DNA of 64,000 bases from a virus (lineage: Duplodnaviria; Caudoviricetes). Within the stretch, counting starts at the first letter, position 1. Each line of letters opens with the position of its first letter. The DNA lies in IMG/VR virus record IMGVR_UViG_3300031998_000039, positions 1-64,000 of that record; one strand, given 5' to 3'. The notes under the pieces are model-generated. The model searched no databases, had not been told where the DNA came from, and saw only the letters and a program-made list of their open reading frames with translations. Both the position numbers and the translations under genes were made by a program. Below, piece after piece: positions 39,589 to 48,868 of the stretch.

Positions 39589-40641
39589 ATGATAGAGGTT
39601 CAACTTAAAGATAGTATGGCAACCATACAAAAGAAACTGAATAAAGGCGGAGAGATCCATTTTCAAGCTGGAACTTATAGAATCACACAACAATTGATTA
39701 TCCCATCTAATACGACAATTTATTTGACAGGAGCAACGCTTCGAAGATGTGCTAATATCCAAAGCATTTTTCTGAATAAATGTAAGACAAGCACTAAGGG
39801 TTATAAGGGCGCCGGAAACATAAAGATACAGAATGGGACAATAGAAGGAATGGGTAATTATGGGTATGATAACCTTGTCACATTCTTTCATGGACACGAT
39901 ATCGAGATAGTTGGGGTGACCTTTTTAGACTTTCTATGTCATGCAATAGAACTGAATGCCTGTCAGAATGTATTGATTACTGGATGTGCCTTTAAAGGAT
40001 GTAACACAAAAGAATCGTATAAAGAAGTTATTCAGCTTGACGCAGCTTATACTGTTGGATTTTGGCTTAATGGAAGTTCAAAGAAATCGAAGTGTTATGA
40101 TGGGACAATGTGTAATAATATTAGCATAACTAATAATATCTTTACACGGTCTGATTATAGAAAACATCCTACGGCATGTATTGGATCGCACACGCAGTTA
40201 GTTGGTGGCAGATGTCATACGGATATTAAGATTGTTCAAAATGATTTTACTTGTAATGGCGGGAATTGTCTATCCTTGATAGGGATGAAAGACGTTCAGA
40301 TATTCTCAAACTATTTTAGGGGATGTGCCAGAGCAATTAAAATATGGGAAAAGGATGAATCGTATACGTTGACGGGCGAAAAAGTTAAGCCCGAAGTTAC
40401 TGATGGTGCGGTTGACCATGTGCGAATTATAGACAATGTAGTACAAGACTCTACTGGTTCTGTAAAATGTTCGGGAGTATATATAGATAATCTCAACGCA
40501 ACTGTTATAGATATCTATAGCAATAAATTTGAACGAGCGAGTGAATTTGAAAAGTATTATCTCTGCGTGGTTAATTGTAAACAACCACCTGATATAGATG
40601 TAAAGAATAATCAGAGTCGATTAAGAATAAAAGGATTATAA
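39589..40641 (+). CDS. Right-handed beta-helix (pectate-lyase-like) protein
   Basis: GGEIHFQAGTYRIT..L.IPSNTTI N-terminus; repeated N(I/V).I.NN stacks. Confidence 0.75.
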   Translation: MIEVQLKDSMATIQKKLNKGGEIHFQAGTYRITQQLIIPSNTTIYLTGATLRRCANIQSIFLNKCKTSTKGYKGAGNIKIQNGTIEGMGNYGYDNLVTFFHGHDIEIVGVTFLDFLCHAIELNACQNVLITGCAFKGCNTKESYKEVIQLDAAYTVGFWLNGSSKKSKCYDGTMCNNISITNNIFTRSDYRKHPTACIGSHTQLVGGRCHTDIKIVQNDFTCNGGNCLSLIGMKDVQIFSNYFRGCARAIKIWEKDESYTLTGEKVKPEVTDGAVDHVRIIDNVVQDSTGSVKCSGVYIDNLNATVIDIYSNKFERASEFEKYYLCVVNCKQPPDIDVKNNQSRLRIKGL

Positions 40642-40642
40642 C

Positions 40643-40724
40643 ATCGCTCCTCGATATGCGATTGATAAAAGATCGAGTTACAAATGTTTGTCGCTGTCCG
40701 ATATGCGACTAATAAGAAGTCGGG
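40643..40724 (+). ncRNA. Two tandem H-type pseudoknot repeats (47-nt period), CptI-like type III antitoxin RNA
   Basis: ATCGC-TC-CTCGAT-AT-GCGAT-TGATAAAAG-ATCGAG and GTCGC-TG-TCCGAT-AT-GCGAC-TAATAAGAA-GTCGGG; pairing preserved in both stems despite substitutions. Confidence 0.75.
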
Positions 40725-40753
40725 AAAGGGTGAACGAAAGTTTGCCCTTTTTT
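40725..40753 (+). terminator. Rho-independent terminator after the pseudoknot repeats
   Basis: AAAGGGTGAAC-GAAA-GTTTGCCCTTT followed by T residues. Confidence 0.85.
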
Positions 40754-40890
40754 CGCATTTTTTTTGATTACACAAGAAGGAACTCTCATACAGCATAAAA
40801 TAATGCTATTCCCTCTTTTTGATATTGTTACAAGTTGATTACTGTAATCAAGTGCGATTCTGAACAAGCCCATATTTCAAGGCTTTTTAA

Positions 40891-40910
40891 CGCACCTAAT
40901 GGGATTCGAA
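40891..40910 (-). other. Putative attP core (tRNA T-loop plus 3' acceptor strand, possibly tRNA-Arg)
   Basis: Minus strand reads TTCGAATCCCATTAGGTGCG, about 70 bp from the integrase stop; flanked by TTACA/GATTACAC repeats resembling arm-type sites. Confidence 0.7.
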
Positions 40911-40981
40911 TCGAAATCTAAATTGCCGAAACCCTTGATACACAAGGGGTTACACCCATTTTACAGTGCGTTTACATGTGA

Positions 40982-42169
40982 TTACACTTGATTCAGTTTA
41001 TTCTGAATTTCATAAATCTCTTCATTATTAAAATAGTAATGTTGTCTGGTGGTCAAGATGTTGGTGTGTCCCATTTGTTTGATAATAATCTTCTCACCAA
41101 CTCCTGCATCAAATAATTTGGTTGCATAGGTCTTGCGAATTTTATGGAATGATCTGAATGGTATCTGAACTAATCGGCATAAGGTTTCAATTTTATTAGA
41201 TAACCATGCAGCTTTAATACGCTGACCGCCACGTACAAACATCCACTCATATTCTCCGGTGTATTCTTTCAAGGCATCAAGAACTTGCTTTGCTTCATTA
41301 GAAAGGATTACACATCTTATTCCGTCACGTCCTTTGGTAAAGCCACGGACTTCCTCAATCCACTCTCCATGCTGACCTTTATACTTTATCTCTGTCCTCT
41401 GTACGATTAGAGTGTCATCTTGATAATCAGACCATTTCAGTGCTGATACCTCGCCAACTCTTAATCCCGTACAGAATGCAAGGGCTACACCCAATCCCAT
41501 CATGTCGGGATTAGCCTTAATATATTGCTTTATCTTATTCTCTTCTTCTTTAGTGAAGACTTGCTCTTCATCAAGTATAGTCTTACGTCTGAAGATTTTG
41601 CTTGACAACTGAAGTTCGGCAAGGAACAAGCTGATTCTCATATCAGTAAATCCATGTTTATGAGCATATATCATTGCCCCGCTTATCAGGATTCGCATGT
41701 TGCCCCAGTTCTTTGCGGTCAGATGCCCTTCAGCTATCTTCTGTTTGATGAATGTTTCAAGATAAAGTTCATCAATCTTTTTAACTTCTTTGTTTTCTAA
41801 CGCTGTCCCTTTGATATAGCGTTTATAGTCTGCCGTATATCTATCATAAGTCTGCTTTTGTATCTCCCCATACTTCAGCTTTTCATTAACCCATGAATCA
41901 AAGCATTCTTTAAAACTTATCTTGGGATCTTTCAGCATTTCGAAGATACCGTCCTCAAGAGCTGCCCTTGTACTCTTGGCGATTAATCTTCTTTTACCCG
42001 CTATCTCGACATAGGTCTTCCACCTACCATCGGATGCTAACCATATTTTTTGCTTGTCAAGAATCTGTTTTCTTTTCATATTTTCATATTCTTGCTGTAT
42101 GAGAGCAAGATTAATCATACCATTTTCTTGAGCAAATTGCAATAGGTTATCGCATTTTATAAGTATCAC
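40982..42169 (-). CDS. int: Tyrosine recombinase (phage integrase)
   Basis: TGLRVGE, HKIRKT, MGH, Y catalytic residues. Confidence 0.95.
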   Translation of the reverse strand: MILIKCDNLLQFAQENGMINLALIQQEYENMKRKQILDKQKIWLASDGRWKTYVEIAGKRRLIAKSTRAALEDGIFEMLKDPKISFKECFDSWVNEKLKYGEIQKQTYDRYTADYKRYIKGTALENKEVKKIDELYLETFIKQKIAEGHLTAKNWGNMRILISGAMIYAHKHGFTDMRISLFLAELQLSSKIFRRKTILDEEQVFTKEEENKIKQYIKANPDMMGLGVALAFCTGLRVGEVSALKWSDYQDDTLIVQRTEIKYKGQHGEWIEEVRGFTKGRDGIRCVILSNEAKQVLDALKEYTGEYEWMFVRGGQRIKAAWLSNKIETLCRLVQIPFRSFHKIRKTYATKLFDAGVGEKIIIKQMGHTNILTTRQHYYFNNEEIYEIQNKLNQV

Positions 42170-42290
42170 CCCTCATTTTGATGGTTTAGATACCCATTTT
42201 TACCCTCAATTTGATGTTTCTAAATCTCAAGGGAAGTCCGCCATAACGAACTCCCCCAAGATTTAGATATATATATAATAAGGAAAGAAG

Positions 42291-42716
42291 TCATTTAATT
42301 CCTGTACTTCCAAATCCACCACGATTTACATCTTCAAGTTTATCTACAATGTCAAAGGTAATAGATGGTTGCTTCTCAACTATACGGAACTGGCAGATTC
42401 TATCATCTTTATGGATTGTGGTGTGCCTTGTAGCATATGCCGGAAACTTCCAAACGTCATCTGTACCACAATAGGACTCATCTACAACACCTTGATGGTT
42501 GGTTTGTATTATTCCGAAGTTCTTAAATGTTGAACTTCTTGGCACGATATGAGCTTCGTATCCTTTAGGCAGTTTCATACTAACACCCAAGGAAATCATT
42601 TTAAAATCGCCCTCAAACATTTCCACATCTTCGGCTGCTCTAAGGTCTATCCAATCTGAACCGTCCTTTTGTTCTAATGGTGTAATATCTGCATGATATT
42701 TAATTGCTATGTTCAT
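42291..42716 (-). CDS. dut: Trimeric dUTPase
   Basis: DWIDL, PRSS, GVVDESYCG, RICQ, RGGFGSTG. Confidence 0.95.
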   Translation of the reverse strand: MNIAIKYHADITPLEQKDGSDWIDLRAAEDVEMFEGDFKMISLGVSMKLPKGYEAHIVPRSSTFKNFGIIQTNHQGVVDESYCGTDDVWKFPAYATRHTTIHKDDRICQFRIVEKQPSITFDIVDKLEDVNRGGFGSTGIK

Positions 42717-42720
42717 TTAA

Positions 42721-43071
42721 TTATTCTCCCTCTGCAATGTTGTTATCGGTGCTTGTATTAACAGGAATACGACAAGCATCACAAGGCTCATCAATATTTT
42801 CTTTCGCATGTTTTAATCTCTCTATTCTGTCATTAGCCTGTTGCATTTCTTCTTCTGTAGCGTGACGATTACCGTTTTGATCTACATAAGGATGTTCTTC
42901 ATTCCACTTTTCTTGCGAATGCTGAAGTGCCTTAAGATATGCATCGTTTAAAGCTTTAGCCACTACCTTTTTAAATGCACTGCAATCCTTATCGCAATAC
43001 TTTTCTTTGCGACATTTATCACAATTGCCATCAAGTAGCCACTGTTCGGTTTCAGGTATTTGTTTCTCCAT
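42721..43071 (-). CDS. Hypothetical Cys-rich protein
   Basis: QW..G.CDKCRK.KYC.K.C. Confidence 0.7.
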   Translation of the reverse strand: MEKQIPETEQWLLDGNCDKCRKEKYCDKDCSAFKKVVAKALNDAYLKALQHSQEKWNEEHPYVDQNGNRHATEEEMQQANDRIERLKHAKENIDEPCDACRIPVNTSTDNNIAEGE

Positions 43072-43312
43072 CTTCTAACTCCTTTAAATAATCTGGATTA
43101 AGTTTATACTTAACATTTTCTGCTTCCCAGTATTCGCCATCGATAATGGCATCTTTTATATCTGATAGCGTCATTTTATTTTCTGCTTTATACATTTCAA
43201 GATTGTCAGGATCGATCAGATGTGCAATTATATTTAACTGCACTGCATCTTTGGGTATATATATAACAGCAGCCTGCAAATCATCATTATATAATTCATC
43301 TTTTTTAGCCAT
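43052..43312 (-). CDS. Hypothetical protein
   Basis: SD AGGAGG before ATG 43312. Confidence 0.65.
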   Translation of the reverse strand: MAKKDELYNDDLQAAVIYIPKDAVQLNIIAHLIDPDNLEMYKAENKMTLSDIKDAIIDGEYWEAENVKYKLNPDYLKELEDGETNT

Positions 43313-43490
43313 CCATTTTGTCCTCCTTTTTATCGAATCCTGTATTAAGCCATTCAACGAATTTGTTTTTGCACTTTGGACACAAATAATATTTGACTTT
43401 ACCACTGCAAGTTATTCCAATTATTTCAAAGTCAAGATATTGATTAGTGCTTGGTTCATCATATTGTTTATAACATCTGTCACATATCAT
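43305..43490 (-). CDS. Small zinc-finger protein
   Basis: CDRC..LCPKC..F..WL. Confidence 0.7.
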   Translation of the reverse strand: MICDRCYKQYDEPSTNQYLDFEIIGITCSGKVKYYLCPKCKNKFVEWLNTGFDKKEDKMDG

Positions 43491-43614
43491 TTTTTTGTTC
43501 TCCCGTTATATCGGCAGTAAATCAAAATTACTGCCGTTTTATCATATACATTTTTAGAGCCATTTATCTCTAATGTTATACATTTTTAGAGACAACTTAT
43601 TTGTAACATATTAC

Positions 43615-44091
43615 TCAACTAAGTTTTTCCGCATATTGATTATCTGATGCAAGGGTTACTCCCAACAGTTCATCATATTTTGAAGGGCGGTTTAAAAGAA
43701 AGCGTCCGAACTTTACGATGATGTTGTCGAATTTTTTAAGCAGTTCAAGTTTATCTAATACCTCGTCTTTATTATATCCTGTGTAGATTACTATTGTATC
43801 ATTACAATGATATTTATTTCGTAAGATATCTATAAATTGTAGTAATTCTTCAAAGGTATCAAGGGGTTCAAGTCCCTGAAAACAAATTGCTTTAGCACTA
43901 CTTTTAAGATAACGTTTAATTAATTTATTTGTATCTATAATAATATCTGGTTGTTTTGCAAGTTCACTATTTTGACAAACTTGTTGTCCATTACATATAT
44001 CACACTTAAAAGTACATCTTGGCATAGCAATTATCATTGAATGATCTTTATAATTAATAAAATCAACATCAATTACATCTTTTACGAGCAT
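43615..44091 (-). CDS. nrdG: Anaerobic ribonucleotide reductase activating protein (radical SAM)
   Basis: C.FKC..CQN, GLEP, IYTGY, LASDNQ; linked to nrdD. Confidence 0.85.
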   Translation of the reverse strand: MLVKDVIDVDFINYKDHSMIIAMPRCTFKCDICNGQQVCQNSELAKQPDIIIDTNKLIKRYLKSSAKAICFQGLEPLDTFEELLQFIDILRNKYHCNDTIVIYTGYNKDEVLDKLELLKKFDNIIVKFGRFLLNRPSKYDELLGVTLASDNQYAEKLS

Positions 44092-44996
44092 TGAAGTAAC
44101 TCTCCCTCTAATGAATATTCAACAAAATGATTTTTATTATCAGTTGGTGAATGATAATTTAGTTGTACAGTTTTAGTTTCAGGATTATAATTTGGGGAAT
44201 ATTCTCCATAATATTTAATTTCTCCTTTTAATCTTGCATGAACTGCTTCTTCAAAAGTATCATAACTTCCCAACCATTTTGTTTTATATTGATACATTAA
44301 TCTAGCCATCCATTTGTTAAGTTTAGGACTTTCTTTTGCTACGCCAGTTACGCCAGAAGTGTTTGTATGCTTCTTTCCCATATTCATAGCATTTTGATGA
44401 GATGTAACGGGGCGTAAATTTACTTTTCTATTATCCAAACGGTTATGATTAATATGATCATACTTATTGTCAAAATCATTAAATATAACATTAGCAATGT
44501 CTATTCCTGTATTATGATCTATTGCTTTAGTTACACAATAACCATAACTGACATACCATTTATAATCTTTTATTTTATCAATGTCTTCAATGTCAATAAT
44601 GCTTTCTACTTTAGGTTCTTGTTTTACATTTTTAATTTTTATTATGGCGTAATCATCTACAACCACAATTTCGTTGCGATCATATATGGTGCTTTCAAGA
44701 ATTTTACCATGTCGTATCATTTGTAGAAAATGTCTTTTGCAATAAGGAATGCCATGTAAGCGATGTATGCCTATATTATCACCACATATCGTACAAGTTA
44801 ATGTTTCAATTTGAGGATCATATTTTTTATGATGTTGGTCGCAATAATATTTGTATAATCCATTTTCACGAATAAATGCACGTAGTTTTGATGTTGAACA
44901 CCCATACAAAACACCCATTTCTTTTAAAGTTTTAGTTTGAGGGATTATGCTTTTAACATAATCCCTATCTAATTTAATTCTTGTTAAGTGTTCCAT
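44082..44996 (-). CDS. HNH homing endonuclease with AP2-like domain
   Basis: DHINHNRLDNRKVNLR..N..N; NTSGVTGV..W.A..LGSY.TFEEA. Confidence 0.85.
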   Translation of the reverse strand: MEHLTRIKLDRDYVKSIIPQTKTLKEMGVLYGCSTSKLRAFIRENGLYKYYCDQHHKKYDPQIETLTCTICGDNIGIHRLHGIPYCKRHFLQMIRHGKILESTIYDRNEIVVVDDYAIIKIKNVKQEPKVESIIDIEDIDKIKDYKWYVSYGYCVTKAIDHNTGIDIANVIFNDFDNKYDHINHNRLDNRKVNLRPVTSHQNAMNMGKKHTNTSGVTGVAKESPKLNKWMARLMYQYKTKWLGSYDTFEEAVHARLKGEIKYYGEYSPNYNPETKTVQLNYHSPTDNKNHFVEYSLEGELLQCS

Positions 44997-46907
44997 TTAA
45001 TCTACCTCGTACCACATTCTGTTGTTATATTCCTGATAGCGTTCTTTAGAATACGCAGATGTTGGCACAAGATATCCAACGATACGGCTAACCTCATCGC
45101 TTTTATATTCACCGCATATAGGACAAGTATCACCAAAAAATGTATGAGAATGTTTACATATTGACAACTTAGGATTAAACGCAAAATAAATAACACCTTT
45201 ATTTGCCATTTCATTTAATATATTCCATGAGGTTTCCTCAGTAAGTTGTGCGCCTTCAAGTGAGATATGAAGAATTTGTCCTCCGCCAGCCTTTTTGTCA
45301 AGCACTGCAGAAAGTCTTGTTCTTTCATCAATACTGCATTTTGACATAAGACTTACCCATTGATTCGAATATATAAAATCTTCATTACGTCCATAGATAA
45401 TATTATCTTTCTTACAAAGCTTAACATTAGCCGATTCTGCAGGAATAATTTCCAGTGAAACATTATAATCATATCCTGATTCATCCTGTAGTTTATTTAC
45501 AGTATCCATAATTTTTATTGCGAACTGAAGTCCTTCATCGGTATAAGATGCTGCACCAAATTCATCAACTGTAGTTAAACCCATTTCACGTAACGCTTCA
45601 AACATTGCAGTTAATCCATTAGTGGTTGTTTGTTTATCTAAATTAATTACTTGATACGAATAATTTGGTAACAAATGCTTCTCAATATTACGCTGAATAT
45701 TATGTCTAACTCTATCAAGCACCATCATATTAAGCCTAACTCTATCAGTTAAAATTTTAATAAACTTATCTTGATTGCCTTTAGATTCTAATGCGATACG
45801 CATTAAGTTAATTGTGCTTACTTTAACCGATCCAATTTCAATCAAACTGCCACCAATACTAGATTGAAAAGCTTTTTGCTTTGATAAATCGTTTAACATT
45901 CTACAACAACTTGCTAAATTTGTTACCGAATCTCCAATATAGAAATTGCTGTCATACCATTGAAGATTCTGCTTGTTACACCAACGAGCAAATTCTTCAT
46001 CCACAAATTTACCATTCTGGAATAATAAAGCATATGTATATACAGGAAATGTCATAAATACCTGTTTACGAATCTCGCATTCTGTCTCCATATATGCTTT
46101 TTCATGCTCAATAATTTCATCTACATAATCAATGACATATGTACCGTCAGGGAAAATACGATCACCAAATAATTCAGTAATATAATTTCTATCCATAATT
46201 ATTAGATTGGTATAAGGAGATTGCGTAATTCTTCCATGTATTTGGTTAACTTCAAAAATAAATTGTTGAAATAACTGTCTTCTATAATACTCAGGATCTT
46301 TTAAGTAGTATCCTTGTTCAACATCCTTTTTCCAAAAATAAAATGTGTAAATGAAAAAACTGGGCAAGGCACACGCTCCAGCCGTCCTATTGGATACCCA
46401 ACAAATAAATTCTCTTAAATGAGCCATAAATGTTGTTAAATGATGGGCTGGTTGTGTATTAGTTTTGGGCAAGAAATACAAACCTTTTTCTGCTAAATTT
46501 TGCAATTCATAAGCATAACAGTAACTTAAAAAGCTTGCAGAATGAGCGTCGTGCATATATAACGCTCCAGAAAACTCATCTTCCAACCATTTGTTAGCAA
46601 TTTTTTTACCATAAGCTTTTTTCATCTCATAATAAATTTTATTAAAACTCAAAAGTTTACAATGGGGTTTACACATTTCGTCAAGCAAAGTACGCACATC
46701 TTTTGTTGATACATTAGCGCTTGAATCGATTGTGGCATCCGCAACTGCATTTTCTTCATCTACAAAATTATCAATAAATTCTGTATAATCTAACTGCTCT
46801 TTTGAAAAACCATTAATTCTGGTTATTTCTTCCCCATATTTTTCAATAAGTTTTTTAAGTTGTCGTTCAAAATCATTATCAAGATTAATGTTTATTTCCA
46901 TATTCAT
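44997..46907 (-). CDS. nrdD: Class III anaerobic ribonucleoside-triphosphate reductase
   Basis: YCYAY, SCCRM, TINL.RIA, PAES, zinc ribbon, RIVGY glycyl-radical motif. Confidence 0.93.
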   Translation of the reverse strand: MNMEININLDNDFERQLKKLIEKYGEEITRINGFSKEQLDYTEFIDNFVDEENAVADATIDSSANVSTKDVRTLLDEMCKPHCKLLSFNKIYYEMKKAYGKKIANKWLEDEFSGALYMHDAHSASFLSYCYAYELQNLAEKGLYFLPKTNTQPAHHLTTFMAHLREFICWVSNRTAGACALPSFFIYTFYFWKKDVEQGYYLKDPEYYRRQLFQQFIFEVNQIHGRITQSPYTNLIIMDRNYITELFGDRIFPDGTYVIDYVDEIIEHEKAYMETECEIRKQVFMTFPVYTYALLFQNGKFVDEEFARWCNKQNLQWYDSNFYIGDSVTNLASCCRMLNDLSKQKAFQSSIGGSLIEIGSVKVSTINLMRIALESKGNQDKFIKILTDRVRLNMMVLDRVRHNIQRNIEKHLLPNYSYQVINLDKQTTTNGLTAMFEALREMGLTTVDEFGAASYTDEGLQFAIKIMDTVNKLQDESGYDYNVSLEIIPAESANVKLCKKDNIIYGRNEDFIYSNQWVSLMSKCSIDERTRLSAVLDKKAGGGQILHISLEGAQLTEETSWNILNEMANKGVIYFAFNPKLSICKHSHTFFGDTCPICGEYKSDEVSRIVGYLVPTSAYSKERYQEYNNRMWYEVD

Positions 46908-47106
46908 TCACCCACTTAACTGCTTTCCCAAACTCCATATCTTCGCCATCTACACAAAGCAATGGAGCTGCCATAAATCCACGTTCCTGAATGGATTCAA
47001 TTGCCCTTTCACCTTCAAATAATTGAAAGGGTATATGTTTCTCATTTAATTTTGCCTCAAGTATTTTACATCTAGGGCATCCTGTACTAAATAACTCAAC
47101 GCTCAT
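46885..47106 (-). CDS. Glutaredoxin-like protein
   Basis: CPRC active site, APLL.VDG. Confidence 0.8.
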   Translation of the reverse strand: MSVELFSTGCPRCKILEAKLNEKHIPFQLFEGERAIESIQERGFMAAPLLCVDGEDMEFGKAVKWVNEYGNKH

Positions 47107-47585
47107 TTCTTCTCCTCCGGCACTTGAAAATAGTATTTCATCAGACGATCTTTGCCGATTGAATCAATAGCTGCTAAAGCAGATTTTTCAGATTTAAAAT
47201 AATAACTGGTTATAATATAGTAGCTGTCACAACTTATCTTAATGCCATTATCTTCAGTATCATAATAGATATAGTAATGATCATGACGACCATTCCACGG
47301 CTGATCATCATCTGCCAACTGCTCAAGTTCACGTAGAACTTTTAACTGCTCAAGTTTAAATTCAGTATCTTCTTTTGTCTTAAAACAATTACCAAAGTCT
47401 AGCCTTCTTTTATCTATGCCAATACCTGTATAAAAATTGTTACAGATTGAACCATTAGAACCAATATACCAATAAAGATCACCCTTTTGAGGGAACTCTG
47501 GTTCTTTAAGTCCAGCCAATACTTCATTCATAACCTGACGTATACCATCCGCATACTCATCAGGCACATCAAATGTTAGTTTCAT
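47103..47585 (-). CDS. Hypothetical phage protein
   Basis: P..GD.YWY..GNCFKT.E motif. Confidence 0.7.
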   Translation of the reverse strand: MKLTFDVPDEYADGIRQVMNEVLAGLKEPEFPQKGDLYWYIGSNGSICNNFYTGIGIDKRRLDFGNCFKTKEDTEFKLEQLKVLRELEQLADDDQPWNGRHDHYYIYYDTEDNGIKISCDSYYIITSYYFKSEKSALAAIDSIGKDRLMKYYFQVPEEKK

Positions 47586-47596
47586 AACCTCTCTCC

Positions 47597-48163
47597 TTAT
47601 TTCTTTTTATAGTTGTAATAGTAAAGCGGTTCGTCCCAATCTACTCTGCGAGGTTTCTTATCAAATACGCCTTTGGTAAAATAAACATCGGAGAACCTTG
47701 GCATATTAGGGAACTTAACATCTTTACAAAACTCCCTACGCCATGCTTTATTCCACACTGCTGTCCAGTATTCTTTATTAAGTGGATTATCGTGTGGTTT
47801 CATTAAACCTCTATCTTTCCATATAAAGGAAAAACATAACACATCGCATTCTTTTTCTTTAAGCTTTTGGTCGATCATTTCAAATGCTCGTGGCTCATAC
47901 CACCAATCGTCATCGTCACTGAATAAAAGCCATTCGCCTTGAGCCATTTCTATGCCAGTGTTACGTGCCACACCATCACTGCGAGCATAAATACGTGCAG
48001 TTCTCGCTCCATATTGTCTGGCAATTTCTTCGGTATTATCATCACAAGCATCGCAAACCACGATCACTTCATAATCATAAAACGTTTGATTCTTGATGCT
48101 TTGTAACATCATATCAATACGATTTGATGCGTTATGTGCAGGAATTATTACACTGAATCTCAT
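47597..48163 (-). CDS. GT2 (GT-A) glycosyltransferase
   Basis: FSVIIPAHN, YEVIVVCD, ARNTG, LFSDDDD. Confidence 0.88.
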   Translation of the reverse strand: MRFSVIIPAHNASNRIDMMLQSIKNQTFYDYEVIVVCDACDDNTEEIARQYGARTARIYARSDGVARNTGIEMAQGEWLLFSDDDDWWYEPRAFEMIDQKLKEKECDVLCFSFIWKDRGLMKPHDNPLNKEYWTAVWNKAWRREFCKDVKFPNMPRFSDVYFTKGVFDKKPRRVDWDEPLYYYNYKKK

Positions 48164-48423
48164 ACGTCCAACTCCAAGTTGTATCCTTCAGCCTTAAGCT
48201 GCGTGACAAGTTTATTAATTTCGATATCATCTGCAATTGCATATAATCCAACTGGTTCTGATAAATCTAATGAAAAGATTCCCATTAACGAAGTTGCATC
48301 AATTACACTACGATTATGTTTAAGAAAAACATCGCCATCAATCTGCATCACAATATCGGGAAGACGCTTAACTTCAGCTATTGTGCTTAAACGTAATGTC
48401 CCAAGTCTACGTCCAAAATCCAT
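48160..48423 (-). CDS. HPr-like protein lacking the His15 motif
   Basis: IDATSLMGIFSLDLS (Ser46 motif); no GLHARP. Confidence 0.7.
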   Translation of the reverse strand: MDFGRRLGTLRLSTIAEVKRLPDIVMQIDGDVFLKHNRSVIDATSLMGIFSLDLSEPVGLYAIADDIEINKLVTQLKAEGYNLELDV

Positions 48424-48435
48424 ATTACTCACCTC

Positions 48436-48867
48436 TCAATCTAAACATAAAAAATTATCCATTAAGTATGATTGTAATTCATCAATACTTGTACATATAT
48501 GTATAGCTGACATTCTCCACCACGGATGAAGAGCAACATTTGGATTAGTTTGTAATCCAATAATCGGGATATGTAACTCTTTTGCAAGAGATAATTCAAA
48601 TGACGTTCCGATACTATTTGGATGATCAAAGTCGCACACTATAAGGTCAGCAGTACGAACCTTATATAAATCCCATCGCATCTGCTCTTCCTCAACCTTA
48701 TCATCAACTTGTGGTGGTATATGTGGACATGGATTAATACACTTCCATCTAACACCATCAAAATCATAAGCATCAATCATTTGTGTTATTTTGTAACGCC
48801 ATCCGTTCATTTCTTCATCTGTTAGTCCGGTAATCGCACCAGCGAGATATATCAGCTTATATGTCAT
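48436..48867 (-). CDS. Nucleoside 2-deoxyribosyltransferase-family protein
   Basis: IYLAG, D...V..AD, SIGTSFEL. Confidence 0.8.
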   Translation of the reverse strand: MTYKLIYLAGAITGLTDEEMNGWRYKITQMIDAYDFDGVRWKCINPCPHIPPQVDDKVEEEQMRWDLYKVRTADLIVCDFDHPNSIGTSFELSLAKELHIPIIGLQTNPNVALHPWWRMSAIHICTSIDELQSYLMDNFLCLD

Positions 48868-48868
48868 A

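Noticed and set aside
40754-40981. Type III toxin gene downstream of the pseudoknot repeats
   Set aside because: Only about 230 nt of att-like DNA lie before the convergent integrase; no ORF of toxin size
44082-46907. Group I intron or intein in nrdD (and dnaE)
   Set aside because: Both genes are continuous with all motifs present; the HNH gene lies outside nrdD
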